A DNA stretch of 64,000 nucleotides from Myxococcota bacterium (GCA_963676915.2 CAXXVK010000062.1:72342-136341), one strand, 5' to 3'; numbered from the stretch's first letter, positions 42,111 to 52,422 are shown. The notes: generated from the letters alone by a model not told the origin. Program-made: numbers and translations.

Positions 42111-42902
42111 ATGAAACTGAATCCGATGGTTTTAGCTCGCTTGAATCTGTTCGCCGTGGTTCCACGGTTGACGGAATTGGTGGAATTTGACGAAGAGGCC
42201 CGAAAAATCGCATCGAACTGCACCGGTTCGATCGAACTCTCGGCCATGCGCCTCGGAGCTGTCCGTCTGATGTTTCGCAACGGTAACCTCGACGTGGTAC
42301 GCGATCCGGGGGGAAGCGCCGATACCGGTCTGTGGTTTCCCTCTCCCGAGTTGCTCAATAAGCTGTTCGCCGGGGAAAAAGCCGTTCCCGTTCCTTACGT
42401 CTGGAAACCTTGGAATCTGCCCAAGCTGATGGCTTTTCAAAAACTTGCTGATCGACTCGGAGCCATGTTGGGCGATCCCGACAAAACGTTGAAAGATTCC
42501 GGCAACGATCCGAAAACCAAAGAATTTCTGGTACGTTGCATGCTTTATACGGCGCTGGCAGGTGTAAAGGAACTTGTCGAGTATGACGAAAAAATGGCAT
42601 GGTTTTCCAAAAGCACACCGGATGGAACGTTTTTGATCAAAGTCCTCGACGATGGCCCGGAAGCGCATTTGTTCATCCGTCAAGGCGTTGTCACACCGGG
42701 TAAGGGACCGATTGCCAACCCCACCGTAACCCTCGAAATCAAAAACCTCGATATCGCCTGGGAATTGTTGCAGGGTCGTATCGACGCCATGGGTGCTTTA
42801 GGTGCCTGCGATATCCGCATGACGGGCTTTCTGCCTTTGGCGGATAACGTCAACGTCGTCATGGATCGCCTCGGTGTTTACCTCCAACCGTCCGAAAACT
42901 AG
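42111..42902 (+). CDS. SCP2-like lipid-binding domain protein
   Basis: C-terminal pattern PTVTLEI...LLQGRIDAMGALGACDIRMTG. Confidence 0.55.
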   Translation: MKLNPMVLARLNLFAVVPRLTELVEFDEEARKIASNCTGSIELSAMRLGAVRLMFRNGNLDVVRDPGGSADTGLWFPSPELLNKLFAGEKAVPVPYVWKPWNLPKLMAFQKLADRLGAMLGDPDKTLKDSGNDPKTKEFLVRCMLYTALAGVKELVEYDEKMAWFSKSTPDGTFLIKVLDDGPEAHLFIRQGVVTPGKGPIANPTVTLEIKNLDIAWELLQGRIDAMGALGACDIRMTGFLPLADNVNVVMDRLGVYLQPSEN

Positions 42903-42911
42903 GAGGATCAG

Positions 42912-44147
42912 ATGGAAACCTATACGTTCGATGCCTCGCAAGAGCTGTTTTCTCGTGCCGTCAACGTCATTCCCAACGGCATTTATGGACATACCAGCCC
43001 TGCTCTGACCGTTCCCGGCTCCTATCCCTACTATGCTGTTCGTGCCGAAGGAGCGCATTACTGGGATCTGGACGGCAACCGCTACATCGATTGGATGTGC
43101 GCCTACGGTCCTATGGCTTTGGGATACAATCACCCGAAAGTGGAAGAAGCCGCCAACCGTCAACGGGAATTGGGAGATACCCTCAATCATCCCGCGCCTG
43201 TGATGGTCAAACTTGCTGAAAAAATGGTGGAAATCAGCGATACCGCCGACTGGGCGGTTTTCGGTAAAAACGGTTCGGATATGACGAGCTGGTCGCTCCA
43301 GGTGGCTCGCGAACACACCGGACGCGATAAAGTCATCATGTGCAAAGGTGCATATCACGGTGCCCATGCCTGGTGTACGCCGGGACATGGCGGCTTGACC
43401 CAAGCGGATCGTGTAAACATTTTGTTGGGTGAATACAACAACGTACAGTCCATCAAGGCTCTTTTCGACGAAAACCCCGACGAGGTGGCCGCCATCATCC
43501 TCACTCCGTTCCATCATCCGGCATTCGGAGACATGGTACTGCCCGAGGACGATTGGTACCCCGGCATTCGCAAACTCTGCGACGAACACGGTGCGCTGCT
43601 GATCATCGACGACGTTCGGGCAGGCTTTCGCCTGCATATGGGCGGATCGGTCGAATACTTCAATGGAAAAGCCGATTTGATCTGTTATTCCAAGGCGTTG
43701 GGCAACTGCTATCCCATCAGTGCCTGCACGGGACGACAAGCCTACATGAGCGCTGCAAGCAAAGTGTTCCTTACCGGAAGTTTCTGGGGAAGCGCCGTTT
43801 CCATGGCGGCTGCACTGGCGGCACTAACGGTGATGGAAGAAGAAGGTTCCATCGAGAAAATGCTGCATATTGGAACGCTTTTGCAAAACGGTCTGAAAGA
43901 AGTCGGTGAGGCAAACGGCCTGAAGTTGAAGATCACCGGCCCGCCATCGATTCCCTTCGTTTCGTTCGAGGATGAAACGGATTTCCGCCGCAACCAGCTT
44001 TTCTGTGCGGAAGTCACCAAGAGGGGTGCGTTTTTCCATCCCCACCACAACTGGTTTATTTCCTCCGCCCATACCGAGGAAGATGTCAAACAAACCTTGG
44101 AAATGGCCAACGAAGCCATGAAAGAAGTAAAAAAACAGTTTGGTTGA
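42912..44147 (+). CDS. class III PLP aminotransferase (GSA aminomutase-like)
   Basis: WDLDGNRYIDW, LIIDDVRAGFR, YSKALGN (PLP Lys), FISSAHTEED; RBS AGGAGG. Confidence 0.88.
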   Translation: METYTFDASQELFSRAVNVIPNGIYGHTSPALTVPGSYPYYAVRAEGAHYWDLDGNRYIDWMCAYGPMALGYNHPKVEEAANRQRELGDTLNHPAPVMVKLAEKMVEISDTADWAVFGKNGSDMTSWSLQVAREHTGRDKVIMCKGAYHGAHAWCTPGHGGLTQADRVNILLGEYNNVQSIKALFDENPDEVAAIILTPFHHPAFGDMVLPEDDWYPGIRKLCDEHGALLIIDDVRAGFRLHMGGSVEYFNGKADLICYSKALGNCYPISACTGRQAYMSAASKVFLTGSFWGSAVSMAAALAALTVMEEEGSIEKMLHIGTLLQNGLKEVGEANGLKLKITGPPSIPFVSFEDETDFRRNQLFCAEVTKRGAFFHPHHNWFISSAHTEEDVKQTLEMANEAMKEVKKQFG

Positions 44148-44214
44148 TCTTTCTGGCCAGGGAAAGTAAACTGCACGTTCGACAGTTTTCATCACGGGCA
44201 CACACGAGGTAAAC

Positions 44215-47109
44215 GTGGCCAAAAAGGAAAAAATCTCTGCCGTCGCTATGCGCTATTTACAGCGCGGACAACTGGATCGTGCCATCAAGGAATACATGCG
44301 TATCCTCGCCGACGATCCTTCGGACGAACGCACGATTCAAAAAGTAGGCGATTTGCATTCCCGCATGGGGAACACGGCGGAAGCCTTGACGATGTACAAG
44401 CAGGTTTCCGAACTATACATCAAGCAAGGCTATTATCTGAAGGCCATTGCCGTTTACAAACAGATCCTCAATCTCGATCCCGACGACGCCAAGTTGCACG
44501 GAAAGCTTGGCGAAATGTACGAGCAAATGGGCCTGATGCCGGAGGCAATCCAGCAATATTCCAAAATGGGCCTGTATTATCGGGAGAAAAAACTCTACAA
44601 AGACGCTCTGGATATTTACATCAAGATCCGTGCGCTTGATCCGGGGAATCTGCCCAACAAGATCATGCTCGCCGAAACCTACTTCAAGTTGCATCGGCGC
44701 GATCAGGGAATCATGGAGTTCGAAGCGATTCTGAGCGAACTCAAAGATTCCGGGCGGGTTAACGATTATTCCAAGGTTCTCGACCGTTTCCTTAAACACA
44801 ATCCGGGCGATGTCGCCCGAGGACGCGATCTGGCCAGGTATTACCTTCGTAAGGGAAATTTCAAGAAAGCTCTCGTACGTCTGCAAATCGCTCTGAAAGG
44901 CGAACCGGAAAACCTCGAAACTCTCGAACTGCTGGCCAATGCCTTTGTTTCTATCAAGCAGATTCCCAAAGGATTGACGGTCTACCGTGAAATCATCCGG
45001 GTTCTCAAGAAGAAAAACGATCGTGAAAATCTGATCAAAGTCTACGAGGCCATGCTTCGCCTCGACCCCAGCGATCAAAAAATCCAAAGCGATCTCGCCG
45101 CGTTACGAGGTCCGCAAAAAAGCGCTCCAGCGAATTATGGAGACACATCGGCTCTGTTGCAAACCTTGGAGCCTCTCGCAACCGATCTTCCACCCGATCC
45201 CGTGCATCATGCACCGGAACCCGTTTCAGAGCCGACAGCACCCAAACAACCCTCGTTGGAGAAAACCATCCACGGTTTTCCACCCATGCACGAAGATCCG
45301 GGTCCGCAATATAACGAGCCGCCCCGACCGGTTGTTTCGGAATTGCCACAGCAGATTCAAGCAACGAATCCCCACTTTACGCAGGTTCCTCTTCCTCCCT
45401 CCGCCACGGCAGAAGCCCAAGAGGCGATGGAACAGCCCTCGGAAGATCAGATCCCGAACGAAAACGACATCCGAAATCTACTTCTGGAGTCGGACGTTTT
45501 CGCCAGCTACGGCTTGCATTCCCAATCGGAGGACGCGCTTCAGACCATTCTGGACTACTTCCCCGATCATGAAGAAGCCCTGCTGAAGCTGAAAGATTTG
45601 TATACTGCAACGTATAGTGAACCGGACATCAACCGGGTAGCCTTGCATCTGGGCGCGATTTATCTCGAACAAAATCGCCTCAAAGAAGCCAAAAGCGTAT
45701 TGGGGCAAGCGGCTGAACTTACTTACGATCAGGCCCAATCGGCCATGTTCCGCGATAAAGTGGGGCATGCCGACTCGACGAAACTTGCAGGACAACTTCG
45801 CGAGTTGGTGCAAAGCGATTTGAATGTCGATTGGGACGATGCCAACGTCGATCTGAATCAAAACCAAAAAGAAGCGCCCGATATCAAAATTCAACCCATG
45901 TACGCCTCGGATGAGATGGGAGATGACGAAACCTTCCCTCCGCCGTTCGAAGGTGAACTGGCTCCGCCGTCCGGGGATATCGATCAGGAGTTGTTGCTCG
46001 ATTTCGACGATGAAGAGGAAGATTTATCTATCGAAGATCAACCTGTACTTGGAAAAGCCGTTCCAGGTCAGGATCCGATGGAAGAGAAAACTCCCGCTCC
46101 ACCAACCCCGAAACAAATGTATCGGGAAGCCAAATTTTTTGCCGCGCAGGGATTGTTCGAAGAGGCGATCAACATCATCCACGAAGTGCTTGAGCTAGAG
46201 CCGGGGATGCGAAAAGCCCAACGTGCTTCCGAAAACTGGGCCGGATCGTTGGCGATGTCGTTCAATCTGCCACTCTATGACCCCCCTGCCAAGAAAGAAC
46301 CGAAGGAAGTTCCTCCCCCCTCGCAGTCACAAAGTGTCGTTTTGCAGATCAGTGAAGCCGACATGGACCCCGAATTGCTGGCAAAACTTTCTATGGGCGA
46401 GGAACCAGATAAAATCCTGGAGGAAGAGCGATCGAAACGTGATTCTTCCGAAGGAAAAAAACCTACTCCTACCAAGGAATATGACGCACCGGAAGATCAA
46501 GCCAAACCTTCCGGCAAAGAAGGAGAGTCGGAGTATTTCAATCTAGCCGAGGAAATCTGGGACGATCTGGAAGAGTCGGATTTCGATTCTCTGCTTACTT
46601 CCCCCGAACCGGCACCGGAACTCAACGAAACCGGTGAAGAAGACCACGTAACACACTACAATCTGGGTCTGGCGTATCGTGAAATGGAAATGCTGGATGA
46701 TGCCATTTCCGAGTTCCTTCAGGTCTGGAACGTCAAGCCTTCCGTGGATAGCGGAATGCAACTTGCACTGTGTTACGTGCAAAAAGGCAACATTCAACGC
46801 GCCGCTCATTTTCTCAGTCAGACGCTTGCTTGTGAGGATATCGCTCAGGAAGACATCAAAAAAGTTCGATACGAGTTGGGTGAAATATATATTGCAATGG
46901 GCAATTCAGCACGAGCTTACTATTACTTCCAATCCATCATTACTCTCGATCCCACATTTCAAGATGTACAGGATCGCATCAGCGTGCTGATGTCCGAGGG
47001 TATCACCCCCGATGTCAAGCCGGATCAGATCTCTAACCTATTGAAAACGTTTAGCTATCACGACGCTTCGTCCAATCGACAGCGTCCTACGGATTACAAC
47101 GCCAACTGA
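44215..47109 (+). CDS. large TPR protein, SgmX-like architecture
   Basis: N-terminal TPR array, Pro/acidic linkers, C-terminal TPRs (THYNLGLAYREMEMLDDAISEF). Confidence 0.75.
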   Translation: MAKKEKISAVAMRYLQRGQLDRAIKEYMRILADDPSDERTIQKVGDLHSRMGNTAEALTMYKQVSELYIKQGYYLKAIAVYKQILNLDPDDAKLHGKLGEMYEQMGLMPEAIQQYSKMGLYYREKKLYKDALDIYIKIRALDPGNLPNKIMLAETYFKLHRRDQGIMEFEAILSELKDSGRVNDYSKVLDRFLKHNPGDVARGRDLARYYLRKGNFKKALVRLQIALKGEPENLETLELLANAFVSIKQIPKGLTVYREIIRVLKKKNDRENLIKVYEAMLRLDPSDQKIQSDLAALRGPQKSAPANYGDTSALLQTLEPLATDLPPDPVHHAPEPVSEPTAPKQPSLEKTIHGFPPMHEDPGPQYNEPPRPVVSELPQQIQATNPHFTQVPLPPSATAEAQEAMEQPSEDQIPNENDIRNLLLESDVFASYGLHSQSEDALQTILDYFPDHEEALLKLKDLYTATYSEPDINRVALHLGAIYLEQNRLKEAKSVLGQAAELTYDQAQSAMFRDKVGHADSTKLAGQLRELVQSDLNVDWDDANVDLNQNQKEAPDIKIQPMYASDEMGDDETFPPPFEGELAPPSGDIDQELLLDFDDEEEDLSIEDQPVLGKAVPGQDPMEEKTPAPPTPKQMYREAKFFAAQGLFEEAINIIHEVLELEPGMRKAQRASENWAGSLAMSFNLPLYDPPAKKEPKEVPPPSQSQSVVLQISEADMDPELLAKLSMGEEPDKILEEERSKRDSSEGKKPTPTKEYDAPEDQAKPSGKEGESEYFNLAEEIWDDLEESDFDSLLTSPEPAPELNETGEEDHVTHYNLGLAYREMEMLDDAISEFLQVWNVKPSVDSGMQLALCYVQKGNIQRAAHFLSQTLACEDIAQEDIKKVRYELGEIYIAMGNSARAYYYFQSIITLDPTFQDVQDRISVLMSEGITPDVKPDQISNLLKTFSYHDASSNRQRPTDYNAN

Positions 47110-48953
47110 TGGCTCCCTCAAGGAGCCAGGAGATGGGGACTTCCGCAGACGGCGGTTGGCGAACTTCGTTCGTTCGTCGAAATATCCCTTATTTTATTGC
47201 CTTTATTGTCGTTTTTATCGTTCATTTTCCACAGCTTACCGGCTGGTTCCAAATGGACGATTTTTTCCACTACCATCACCTCGAAAGACAACAGTCCGCC
47301 TGGGAATTCTGGACAACCCCCGCCAAGGAACTGGATCGCTTCTGGTTCGCCGCGCCGGACGCCGTCAATCGGCCTTCGATGGATTACGTACTCTATCTTC
47401 GTCCTTTGCCGACCCTATGGCACAAACTGGACTTGGCTTTATTTGGTGACTGGGCATTGGCTCCACATGCTGAAAATCTGTTGCTGCATCTGCTCAATGT
47501 GCTTTTGTTTTTGGGATTGCTGAGACGGCTGGCCTTTCCCGGTGCGCTCCCCATAGCTTTGGCTTTTGGAGTCAGTCCGCTGGCTGTAGAACCCGTGGGA
47601 TGGATCAGTTCCCGTAACGACCTGCTGGTAACCTGTTGTATGATCGTTTCGGGCTGGGGATTCTTCTTTTTCCACAGATCAGAGGAAAACAAAAATAAAT
47701 TCAAAAAGATAGCGGTAGCGTTCGTTCTTGTTGTCGCCTTGTGGGCGGGATTGCTGTCCAAAGAATCGGCAGCCATGGGTATCGCCTCGGCATTGCTTCT
47801 CGGTTTGATTCAGAAAAAACGCGACTTCTTCAAACAGCTCTGGCCTTACTTGTTGGTGGCGGGAACTCTTTCCTGGGCGGCCTATTGGGCAAGCGTTCAC
47901 CCGGACAATACCGTTTCCATGAGCAAAACCAATTGGTTCTTGTTTTGGCAAAAAGGCCCATGTTGCGTTTTGAGCTTTCAGTTTGTTTCCTCTCTGTTTT
48001 CCATGATGACCGGTCTGGCACCTCCTTCTTTCATGCACGCCGATCTTTCATCATGCGCCGGAACGATTGCTCTGGCCGTCATTTTGTTTGTATTTTTAAG
48101 CCTTTGCGTTTTTCGTATTCGTTCTCGGTATATGATCTTCTCGGCCATCGTGCTGGGATTGTTTCTTTTGCCGATGCTCGCCATACATTCCGCTCCACGC
48201 TACCTGTATTTCTGTTTACCCGCATTTTTCGCGTTTACGGGTTCCTGGGTATGGCAAAGATACAAAAGGCGGAGACTGGCACAGACGCTGTTTGTGGTCA
48301 TGATTGTGTTCTGGTGTTTCACAAGCCACATTTTGAGCCGCCACAATGCGCAAGGTTCTCGCTGGATTCACAACGACCTGAATTCGGTCCGGGAAGCCGT
48401 CGCCGGAGAAAATGTCGAGCGCCTGTACCTGATCGACTGGTGGCCGATTGCCATCAACAGCGAGCTATGGTTGAATAAAATCATCGGGCAACCCGAAGCC
48501 AAAATTCGCCTGCTAAGTACCTCGCCAAGCGTTCATCGTCCCGAGTTGGACACGTTTGGATTGTGGGTGGCGTGGCTCTGGAGCTACCCTTTGGGGTTAC
48601 CCTACGACGAAAAACGCTACAATTGCCTAACGATTCGAGATCGTTCGATTTTCGAAAGCCGAACTGTCCCGAAAAACGCATCGCTGGCGGCTCTTTTCGA
48701 TGCCGAATCCCTCTGTGAATATTGGAAAAGCAACAAAGTCGTTCGCGCTCCCGATGTAACTGTGGAGTTCCGTGGCGAAAGTTCCGGTTGTCCGAACCGA
48801 ATGAATTTCATCCTGCCCACCAACATCGACGCTCCTGGCACCTTTGTTTTACGACGTACGCCCGAAGGGTTCCGGAGAATTCAGCAGAATAAAGACGGTT
48901 CGTGGGAGATCTTCAACCCGCCGATTTGCTCGCAACCTTCGGACAAACCCTGA
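47109..48953 (+). CDS. GT-C type (TMTC/ArnT-like) membrane glycosyltransferase
   Basis: Early DD motif (QMDDFF), YLRPL, HLLNVLL, EPVGWISSRNDLL, LLSKESA, RYLYF; many TM helices. Confidence 0.7.
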   Translation: MAPSRSQEMGTSADGGWRTSFVRRNIPYFIAFIVVFIVHFPQLTGWFQMDDFFHYHHLERQQSAWEFWTTPAKELDRFWFAAPDAVNRPSMDYVLYLRPLPTLWHKLDLALFGDWALAPHAENLLLHLLNVLLFLGLLRRLAFPGALPIALAFGVSPLAVEPVGWISSRNDLLVTCCMIVSGWGFFFFHRSEENKNKFKKIAVAFVLVVALWAGLLSKESAAMGIASALLLGLIQKKRDFFKQLWPYLLVAGTLSWAAYWASVHPDNTVSMSKTNWFLFWQKGPCCVLSFQFVSSLFSMMTGLAPPSFMHADLSSCAGTIALAVILFVFLSLCVFRIRSRYMIFSAIVLGLFLLPMLAIHSAPRYLYFCLPAFFAFTGSWVWQRYKRRRLAQTLFVVMIVFWCFTSHILSRHNAQGSRWIHNDLNSVREAVAGENVERLYLIDWWPIAINSELWLNKIIGQPEAKIRLLSTSPSVHRPELDTFGLWVAWLWSYPLGLPYDEKRYNCLTIRDRSIFESRTVPKNASLAALFDAESLCEYWKSNKVVRAPDVTVEFRGESSGCPNRMNFILPTNIDAPGTFVLRRTPEGFRRIQQNKDGSWEIFNPPICSQPSDKP

Positions 48954-49326
48954 CCGTTAGCCCGCATACTTCATGAGGATCGTAGCGAGACGCCGAAAAC
49001 CGAAGAACTTTAATGAAGTTGGAGTGATTTTTTAACGGAAGCATACTTTACAGTATGTTGAGTATAAAAAATCGGGAAACGAATGAAAGATCAAGAGTTT
49101 TCAAGTCGTAGGTGATTCTTCATGAATTATGCGGGTTAGGTATTCTTACAATGTAAACAATTCAAACCTGTGGAAAGAATTCAGACCTGCATTCATTCAA
49201 GTGTGACAATATTGTCCGGTTTTTACGATTTTATCCCGATTCCCTGGCAGTCCCAAACGGGTTCTAATTCTCCTAACCTATTGTTTTTCTATACGAATCT
49301 CCACAAAGGACAAAACTCAAAGAGTT

Positions 49327-49342
49327 TGGCACACCGTTTGCT
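49327..49342 (+). promoter_or_regulatory. sigma-54 (-24/-12) promoter
   Basis: TGGCAC-ACCGT-TTGCT matches the TGGCAC-N5-TTGCW consensus exactly. Confidence 0.8.
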
Positions 49343-49352
49343 TTATTTTAAG

Positions 49353-49524
49353 GGTGAACCTGCTGAGCAACCGGCGGGAGCGGTTCTTTCCTTTGGGATC
49401 GTTTGCGACTACGGAGGTTCTTGGCCCTATCTCCGTAGTGTTTTGGCCTTTCCGGAATGCACCCTTCTTCACTTCCCTCCCCTGGTTCAAGCAGTTCAGC
49501 CCCGGCATAAGCCGGGGTTTTTTT
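49353..49524 (+). ncRNA. putative sigma-54-dependent structured small RNA
   Basis: Starts at the predicted +1; 49353-49383 pairs with 49475-49501; inner 9-bp stem ACTACGGAG/CTCCGTAGT; ends in a terminator. Confidence 0.7.
49500..49524 (+). terminator. intrinsic terminator of the putative sRNA
   Basis: CCCCGGC-ATAA-GCCGGGG followed by 7 T. Confidence 0.88.
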
Positions 49525-49689
49525 ATGGGTATCAATGTTTCGTTTTCGCAAAATGTGGGTTTATTACACAATTATTTCCAACCCATGCGCAAGAAATCCG
49601 ATTTTTGCCTATCGGCTTTCTCCGAGGCATGCTATCTTTTAACTTGGATAATTTACATGTACCCTATCTCTGTTTGTCAGGTTCTATAT

Positions 49690-51504
49690 ATGCCGAATCT
49701 ATTGAAATTTACTACACTTTTCCTGCTTCTTTCGTCGCTCTCCGTTGCGTGTTCCACGAAACCGACCTGGGTTCTCGATCGTCAGGTGCCGGTTGAAAAC
49801 GATGCCCTCGACCAATCGCTCTGGCAGGAAATCGACAGCCTCTACAGCGAGTGGACGAAAAAAGAAGGACATCCCAAAAACGTTCCGACGCCTGACCCCG
49901 TTTTGAATCAAGCCGCCAAACAGCTTGCCGAGCTTGGGTTGGTCACCGATGGCGAAAGCCCCAACCGTTACGCCGCTCGTATTCTGGCCGATGCTGGAGA
50001 ATATGCCCTGCCCTTCCACGCGGCATGGTTCAAAAGTTCGGATGAGCACGAGCTTGCTCAAAAAATCATGCCAAGGCTTTTGACCCTGGAGCAAAACGGT
50101 TACCGGTTTTGGGGGGTTGCAACCGCCCGAAACGACAAGGAAATCATCGTTGCTTTACTGACGATCCGACGGGATGTCGCGTTCGATCATCCCCTGCCGT
50201 CCTGGATTCAAGCGAATCAGCCGTTTCACCTTTCGGGAACCGTCACCGACGATATCGGCCGCCTTCAGTTCGTAGTTCTCGCTCCTGATGGAACGATTCG
50301 CAAACGTTTCGTTCCCTATCTCGGAGGTCGTTTTTCCCTCGATGTAACTCTTTCAAAGAAGGGTTGGTATTACCTGCAATTCGACATTGGCGAGGAAAAT
50401 CACGGGCGGCGCAACGCTTCTATCGTGCCGTTGTACGTTGGGGATTCGAAGCCGGACGACATTAAAATCGCTACTGCGATGTCGGTTCAATCCAAGGACT
50501 TCGCCAAAGCGATGCATGTCAATATTTCCATATGGAATCAATGGCTTCCGGAAGGTCCCCCCCGCCGACTACCCCAAGCGGAACGTTTTCTGGCCGAACA
50601 GGCTCAACGAGAAGCCCAACAGCTTTCCCCCGGACAAAGCGGCTTTTATCGTCATGTTTCCTATGGATCGAATCGTAACAGCCAGATTGACTGCTCGATC
50701 CTGTCCCAGTGGACCGATGACCTCGGCTTTCTGGTACAAGCCAATTCCGTAAGTCCAACCTACCGATTTTGGAGTACGGGACGAACCGCCAATGCCTACG
50801 AAGCCTACAGTGTTCCGAGTCGGGGAGGCTATCGGGTGCTTGAAATCGTCTGTGGCGAGAAGCGACCCAACCTGTTCGATATCGGTCTACGTCTCCCCAT
50901 GGACCGTCTTGGATCTTTGTTGGAACTGGAAGACGAGGAGTTCGAAGCGTCCGTAGGAGTCACTTGGAACGAACCCAAAGAACGCAAGCGAGAAGACTGG
51001 ATCGTGCTGGCAGCGTTGGAAGTTTATGAAAAATCGGGGGATTTCATCGAATACCTGCAAAGCTTCGCCAAATTGGGAAAAGAAGATCAGGTAGAACTGG
51101 CCAAACGGCTGGAGTCTCCCGTTTCCCGTCAGGTGGATAATCTCTTGAGCGTCGCCTTGAAAAAGCACGGTACGAAGGAATCCGATGAAGGAGCCATTCG
51201 CTCGTTGTTGTTCAAAACGTTGTTGGTCGCCGGACGTTTGCCAGAGGCCAGAGAAGAACTGGAGCGCTGGCAAAAAGATAACCTCGTCCAGACCGCGAAC
51301 GGTTCTGCACGTTTGGAACTGGCACGTGGCTGGCTGGCGATTGCCTCGGGAAATTCCGAGGATGCCTTGATCCATTTACAACACGCTCGAATGAAATTCC
51401 GACAGCTTCGTTTCGATCTGACCGAAGAGCAAATCCGTCGCCAAATCCGGGATTTAGTGAAAGATCAAGGGTTTCCACCACCTCCCGCAACGGTTTGGGA
51501 TTGA
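49690..51504 (+). CDS. lipoprotein of unknown function with C-terminal TPR-like helices
   Basis: ATG at 49690 gives the signal MPNLLKFTTLFLLLSSLSVAC. Confidence 0.7.
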   Translation: MPNLLKFTTLFLLLSSLSVACSTKPTWVLDRQVPVENDALDQSLWQEIDSLYSEWTKKEGHPKNVPTPDPVLNQAAKQLAELGLVTDGESPNRYAARILADAGEYALPFHAAWFKSSDEHELAQKIMPRLLTLEQNGYRFWGVATARNDKEIIVALLTIRRDVAFDHPLPSWIQANQPFHLSGTVTDDIGRLQFVVLAPDGTIRKRFVPYLGGRFSLDVTLSKKGWYYLQFDIGEENHGRRNASIVPLYVGDSKPDDIKIATAMSVQSKDFAKAMHVNISIWNQWLPEGPPRRLPQAERFLAEQAQREAQQLSPGQSGFYRHVSYGSNRNSQIDCSILSQWTDDLGFLVQANSVSPTYRFWSTGRTANAYEAYSVPSRGGYRVLEIVCGEKRPNLFDIGLRLPMDRLGSLLELEDEEFEASVGVTWNEPKERKREDWIVLAALEVYEKSGDFIEYLQSFAKLGKEDQVELAKRLESPVSRQVDNLLSVALKKHGTKESDEGAIRSLLFKTLLVAGRLPEAREELERWQKDNLVQTANGSARLELARGWLAIASGNSEDALIHLQHARMKFRQLRFDLTEEQIRRQIRDLVKDQGFPPPPATVWD

Positions 51505-51799
51505 TCCGACACGCGGTAAATATATTGATGCACAACCACAGCAAACATGACATATTTTCTTAAAATTTTCTGGCTTTCAACAAAATCTTTCTGCATAATT
51601 AGATATACTAAGTAATCTTAATCAGTATTTTGGTTTGTTTACTTGCAGCGTGCTAACCCACCTTTGCCAATTTACTCTCGCTTTTAAAGATGTCGAATAA
51701 AATGGTGTATTTCTAGATATTAGCTTTTGTGTTCTTTTCATATGGAACATAAAAGTTTCAATTGGTGGTAAACAATATCTACGAAGAGGAGTTGAAACA

Positions 51800-52099
51800 A
51801 TGAGCGCAGACCAGAAGATAAGCACTGAAATGCTGGAAAATGCCGTAAGCCAATGCGGAAACAGTTTTGATACCCATGAAGTGATTCGTATCCTCATGAA
51901 AGATAATCCGCATGCTTACGTAAATCACCTTTCCAAACTAATGCATACGGAAGATCCCATCCTGCAAGGTAACGCTCTGATCGGACGTAAGCTTAAAAAT
52001 GATTGCGACGTTCTATCAATCATGAAGGACGAAAAAGTGAATAGCCCCAATCTTCGGAATCAGGATGAGACGATGAATCAAGGTTGGAAAAAATTATAA
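51800..52099 (+). CDS. small hypothetical protein in an AT-rich islet
   Basis: 99 aa; strong RBS GAGGAG. Confidence 0.65.
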   Translation: MSADQKISTEMLENAVSQCGNSFDTHEVIRILMKDNPHAYVNHLSKLMHTEDPILQGNALIGRKLKNDCDVLSIMKDEKVNSPNLRNQDETMNQGWKKL

Positions 52100-52422
52100 A
52101 CGAAACACCACTAACATCTCGCTAACAAGTTAATAATATTCATTCTTTTTCGGCATTACTCAAGACTGACCATGTGATTTTTCACCTGATTGGGAGGTGA
52201 TTTTTTGTCATCAGTTAGTAAATAATCTCTCGACAACTATTTTTCTGATAGTGTCACGAATTTCCTCCACAACGCCGAGAATCCGGGTGCTGAAAAAAAT
52301 GTTTCCGCCATGCGTCAATTTTGGTTGCGAAGCATGAACCTTATATAGTAAGAATACGCAACGATTCTCGGACGTCGATCGAAGCGGCGACGTCAATACA
52401 CAAGGAAAACGGGGTGGAGGTC

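Noticed and set aside
49353-49524. Definite 6S RNA, SRP RNA or Pxr assignment
   Set aside because: Only a general structural resemblance; I cannot confirm family motifs and the usual 6S gene neighbours are absent. Needs cmscan.
49354-49689. 112-codon N-terminal extension of the 716-aa ORF, and small ORFs at 49170-49796
   Set aside because: They run through a terminator and a structured region; ATG 49690 gives a clean lipoprotein signal.
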